DNA of 64,000 bases from Felis catus (taxonomy: Eukaryota), in the NCBI RefSeq assembly GCF_018350175.1, contig NC_058382.1, forward strand, positions 58,282,001 to 58,346,000, read 5' to 3'. This document shows positions 59,313-64,000 of the stretch, one piece after another. The position numbers were made by a program, and so were the translations under genes. Below the pieces are notes generated by a model. The model saw only the letters and a list, made by a program, of their open reading frames with translations. It had not been told where the DNA came from and did no database searches. Numbering within the stretch: the stretch's first letter is position 1; each line of letters opens with the position of its first letter.

Positions 59313-62300
59313 CGGTTTCCCTTGTGCTAGGCCGAACCTATAGTATAGAAATATTATCTATTTTATTACCTTGAATATTTAATATTTTTCACTGGGAGGT
59401 TTGAAGCTTAAAATTTAAAAAAAAGAAAAAAAAAAAAGAAAAAAAAAGAGAATGTGCCATGCATGAAGCAAAGGACTCCAGGCCCCAGAAGAACGAACCC
59501 GCCTTGACTTCAATGCAACGGAATCACCTTTGTCATTCAGCGAGCAACCGACTAGGATGCCCATCGTTCTTTTTGTTTGGTCTTTTCTTTTCTTTTTAAA
59601 GGTGGTTTTCTTCTTCCCCCACGCCATTATTTTCTAGTCTGAAAGTGAAGGCTCCCTTACCAACACTAAAACTGTATCATTGAGGGCCCCTGGGTGTGGA
59701 ATAATGGATCAGGCCGACTGTGTGGGGTTTCTGGTGTGGCCACGCGGCTCCCCGCCTCCTCGAGCCCCCCCCCCCCCCCCCCCCCGGCCCCTTCCGCCCC
59801 GGCGCGGGGTCGGCCTCGCTCCTCCCCAGGACGGAGACCGGCTTCGGCAGAAGGAAGGCGGGGTGCATTTTCCTGGGAAAGGGCTCATTTGTTTGTTACT
59901 TTCCTGCAAAATTTTCTCCGAAGCAACAGGTCCTAGGAGCCCACAAAGCACCGATACCGAAGCCTCACCCACAGGCTTTTCCCCGGAAAAGCTCTTATCT
60001 AAAGTGCATCACCCAACTGAAGGTACCTTTTTACTACTCCGTGGGGGAAAATGTACAGAGCTCTATGTATACATACGTTCACACCCACGAAATTGTTACT
60101 GCGGTGGGTTGTGTTTTCATACAAACGTAAATTTTGAGAGAAAAGTCAAAGGTGCTTCAGCCTTGTACTGTGTATATATATTAAAAAAAAAAACAAAGTT
60201 TTGTATGTTTTTATTACTTTAATTATTGTTATAAAAAGCCTGCCATTTTTAAATATGTGGTTTGGGGGGATTTTTGTTTGTTTGTTTTCCTGTTTGGGGG
60301 TTCTGTTTGTTTTTTTGCTTTTGTTTTCCTGGGCAAAAAAACTTGCTTTTAGTGTTTGTACTGCTGCTGGTCAGGACATTAAACTATTGAAGTGTTTTTA
60401 ACGATTAAAGAAGAAGAAAAGTAAAACAGCTTACCACTGGCGCCTATGCGATCACTTCATTTTTGAGTTGCACCAGAAAGTGACGTAGAAAGCCATGTGT
60501 TGTTCCTTCTTACCTCCTCCTGTCCCCTCCCCCTGGCTCTGGGGCGCAGACAGAACCAGTTGCTACTGTGGAGGGGCTCGGCCCCCGGCGGGCAGAGGCC
60601 GCCCGGTGCGCCCGCGGCTCTGCCGAAAGAACCTGTCAGGAAGGGAGCGAGTTCTGTGATAGGATTCTAAGGTGTCTTACAGCAGTCTGAGAACAGGTGC
60701 AAAGTAGAAACTTTAGAAGCTTTATTTAGATGCAAAGCTTTGTAAAAGCCTAAAAGTAGGTAACTTCCCCTCCTCTCGAACTTACTGCCCTGAGCACAGG
60801 AGCGGCTAGAAACCGGGGAAGCCATCTCTCTCCGCGCAAAGCAGTGTTTCCTTCTCGGCCCCGTTCCAGCTCATCCAGGCGGGGTCTCCTCTTGCCCGAC
60901 CGGGCCCAGACCCGAGGCCCAAGCAGCCAGGGGCCGGTCCGTCGGGGGCGGGGGTGGAGGCGAGAACCTCGATGGCCGCTGTCCCTTTCACCCTGGGTCA
61001 GGGACAGGCTGGCCGACCTTCAGGAAGGCTACTCACTGCGCTCGGTGGCCGCGCCCTCGGCACCAGACCTTAGCTGTGCAGAACAGCTTGCTGGCAGATG
61101 GCATTGTGTTGCTTTATCTGTTCCCACACAGTTTGCTTTGTATGTCTGCCAAGAATCTTCTAGTTATTAGCAAACTCAGACAAAAAGTGCCGCCAGTATT
61201 ATCAGCAGTCAACAAGCGCCTTCCTCTCCACCAAAACGACTCGAGAACGCAGGCCTGTGCTGCGGGCCTCCCCTCCCCTGCAAAGACACCGGGAGACCAA
61301 CTCGTTCCACAGGTGGGGACAGGTGTTGAGAGGGGGCTCTGCTGCGAGCAGTCAGGGGACGAGGTGACCGAATTTCTCCCGAGTCGGCTGGCTCGCTCCG
61401 GTCTGAAAGAACAGGCTCAAGGGCTCCACCTCAGCACCCCGCTCCCCGCCCTCCCCCGGCCCCGGAAAAGGGCTGGACGCCCCTGCTAAGCAGCTCGGGG
61501 AGGGCCTGAGGAAACAGCCCCACCCCGCCCCTCACCATCCGAGGGGAGCCCCCTGTTGGGGTGCTGTTACAGGTCGAGGGCCACGCCCATAGGGGGGCGG
61601 TCACCACCCAGGGGTGGAACCCGTGGGTATAGCTAGAAGGGCTCCGCTCCCTGCCGCTGGAGACTAACCGCCTCCCCTGCCTTCCAGCCTCGGTCCCTCC
61701 TCCTCCTCCCCGCACTCCCACCTCTCAGTAGAAAGACAATCAGAATACAGACCAGTAAGGCAGCACGAAGAAACGAAGGAAGGGAGGAAAGCAGAGGTGC
61801 ACCACGAGGACCCGGCTTTCCCGTCCGGTGGCTAGTTTTCGTTTCCAGAGGGTTTGGAAACAACAGCACCACCTCTCTTCAGTTTGGGCTTAAAAATGGA
61901 CAAATGCGTGATCCTTGTCCGCTATTTCACGTTGAGTTTAAAAGACAGAGTTGAGAAGTACGCCAGATCTGCTCTAGAACTCATTACGTAACTCGGGTCA
62001 GTATTTTCGTGGAGACCCCCGTCTTTCACGACCTTGTGTCTTCCTGCCGCCCCTGCGAGACTTGGCTGCCGTCCGTCCAAAGTGGGGTCCTCTTCCAAAG
62101 TGGGGTCCTGGGGTTCTGCATTCAATCCCATCATTAGAAAGGAACCGGGGGAGCTTTCCCCCGAACTTGGCGCTTACGACCTGATCCTTTGAAAATGTTG
62201 TTTCCTCTAATTAGAGCCAAAGGGACATAAAATCATGACCTCCGTCCATGATCTCAGATAAGTGACCAAGATAGGACTTAACAGGATTTTTTTTTTTTTC

Positions 62301-62995
62301 TACAGAATATAGGCTAAACACTTCATTGGCATTCACATTCTAATAGATTACATCCTTAAGGAAATTCCAAGAATACTTAGAGGAGCCCGCACTCTCGGCA
62401 GCGGAGGATCCTAGTACAAGAAGGTCTGTACGAGGAATGGGTTTTCCTCCAGTAGCTCGATAAGACTGCCAAATCTCAAAAATCAGGCGCCCCCTTTCCC
62501 CTCTGAGCGGTCTTCAAAGTAGAAAATTCCAGGGCTCCACCACAAGATGGAGATGGTCGGCACAAGCCAATTCTGTAACTCTTAGCTGTGTATTAGCCAC
62601 TTAGCAGCGGAAATCTCCCGCACCCCACGGAAACCAGTACCTGACTTCTCCCGTCTTACAGTAGCCAGTCCCAACTTTTTGATCCAGCACTTAACTTAGA
62701 CTCCTTCATTCTGCCTTGACCTGAGGAAGGCCACGCTGATTGGTTGTGTTACTTTGTATGTGCCCTGTGCTCACTTGCTAGAACAGTAAAACCAGTACAT
62801 GGGAGGGAGGAGGGATGCCTCGGTCACTCTGGGGGCAGTTTAGATGCTGTGAAATTAAACCTGTTCTAAGTGTACTTGTTTGAATTAATTGTATTGTAAT
62901 ATTATTTGTTGAATGTAGTAATTAGGTATTTATGAATATATTGCTGTAATTTCTGACAACATCCAAAAAAATAAAATCTTCCTAAATCATGTTAA
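59313..62995 (+). other. GSE1: GSE1 3'UTR (~3.7 kb)
   Basis: Follows the stop codon, has no obvious interspersed repeats, and has AU/U-rich blocks at 59335-59450, 60050-60430 and 62850-62995. Confidence 0.8.
62970..62975 (+). terminator. Distal polyadenylation signal AATAAA
   Basis: AATAAA after an AU-rich, TGTA-containing block and before a GT-rich element (ctgttgtatgt, ~63005); an extra ATTAAA is at 62854-62859. Confidence 0.8.
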
Positions 62996-63027
62996 GAGGC
63001 AAATCTGTTGTATGTCCTAATAGGGCC

Positions 63028-63066
63028 AAAAAAAAAAACAAAAAAAACAAAAAAAAACAAAAAAAC
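63028..63066. repeat. A-rich simple repeat (A8-11 C)n
   Basis: Directly visible. Confidence 0.9.
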
Positions 63067-64000
63067 CCAGCAGCCCAGCCATCTAGCTTTAGAGAAAGGT
63101 ATTAAGGGGTGAGGTCTGAGCTCTACAGGACTCCTGGCTCTCCCCAGTACCGTGCGGTTTCATTCCAGAAGAGTCCCCAGATGAAAAGGCAAGTCCTGTC
63201 ATCCGAAAGCAACCCTCTGAACTGTCCCCTTAAATGACAGACAGCAGTCTTCTCCGTGTCTGGCCCTTCAGTGCTCAGATAACAACCATTGGCTGTTTGT
63301 TGGAGGACAGCTGGGGAGCGATCTGGAACGGAGAAACAGTGCTTGAGTCACGTCAGGTGAGTTTGGGCTTTGAACACTAAAGGGCAAACACCAGAAGCTG
63401 TTCTTTCTGCTCAGCTGATCACGCGTGTAAAAGTGATCACTCCGAAAAGCCCGAGGGAGAGCAGGCTCCTGACCGTGCTACTATCCAAAGCCAGCTGGGT
63501 ACAGAACCTTCTATCCCTTGTATGCCTCCAAAGCATCATTTCTCCCCTCAAGGTAAGGTAATTTCTAGAGCGATTCTAAACCGCAATTGAAAGGTATTTC
63601 TCCTCGGAAAAGAAATGATCCTTCCTTGAGACACTGCCTCCAGCAAAGTCTCTCCTCTCCATCAAGGGCAGCAGCACAGGCCCTCCCAGAACAATGCCTT
63701 GAGCCTCGTCATGTGCCCCAGAGCACACAATCCATTTTTCCCACGCTTTAAGTTCTTAGTTCATGAATCTCCTTGTGAAAAGTCTACAGGGTCACCACAA
63801 GTCAAGTCCCTGCAGAACCTTTACTCCTTCCTTTGTCCCATCTCCAGCTTACTTAGGGCCGCCTTTCCCAGGCCCCGGACTTTCTTCATTCTGTTCTCCT
63901 AAGGCCTTTTCTTCTCATACGGGCCATGTCTTGCAAATCTGTGTCTGGGTTCATCTTTTCTTTGTATAATCAATCCAAGGAATCCTAAATCATGCCAAGG

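Larger units (their letters stand above)
11850..62995 (+). other. GSE1: GSE1 gene, main 16-exon transcription unit (TSS and cleavage site approximate)
   Basis: Spliced translation [23 protein letters not shown]...[12 protein letters not shown] matches GSE1 as I remember it. The 16 exons join in frame (3597 nt) with GT-AG introns. Confidence 0.96.

Noticed and set aside
62077..62109. Direct repeat CCAAAGTGGGGTCCT x2 in the 3'UTR
   Set aside because: A two-copy local duplication with no spacer array, so not CRISPR-like
1..64000. Prokaryote-type systems, intact retroelement ORFs, miRNA or snoRNA genes
   Set aside because: This is a mammalian locus; I could not support any array, intact transposase/RT frame, or convincing hairpin or box motif by eye

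Overview
This is mammalian genomic DNA from a carnivore, probably a felid: it is very GC/CpG-rich and carries tRNA-derived Can-SINEs. The window holds the complete 16-exon coding structure of GSE1 (Gse1 coiled-coil protein/KIAA0182, associated with CoREST-HDAC1/2-LSD1) on the + strand. The ATG is at 12083 in a CpG-island first exon and the stop TGA is at 59310-59312. All 15 introns are GT-AG and the exon phases match, giving a 3597-nt CDS (1198 aa) followed by a ~3.7-kb 3'UTR ending near AATAAA at 62970. The rest is intronic or flanking DNA with Can-SINEs, old L1/L2/MIR/MLT1 fragments, microsatellites, long G/C homopolymers and short TAAT-rich islands that look like enhancers. Nearly all ORFs in the six-frame track are GC-content artefacts. 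I found no prokaryote-type system and no second protein-coding gene. The best leads are post-transcriptional: (1) exon 2 is a 219-nt symmetric exon that, if back-spliced, gives a stop-free endless ORF with its own AUG, and opposite-orientation SINEs flank it; (2) two separate upstream ORFs each end in an AUGA overlap on a GSE1 start codon; (3) a duplicated EKxxFLxxFxLT peptide motif flanks a basic NLS-like cluster. These are hypotheses from reading the sequence; repeat families and homologies are assigned from memory, not from searches.
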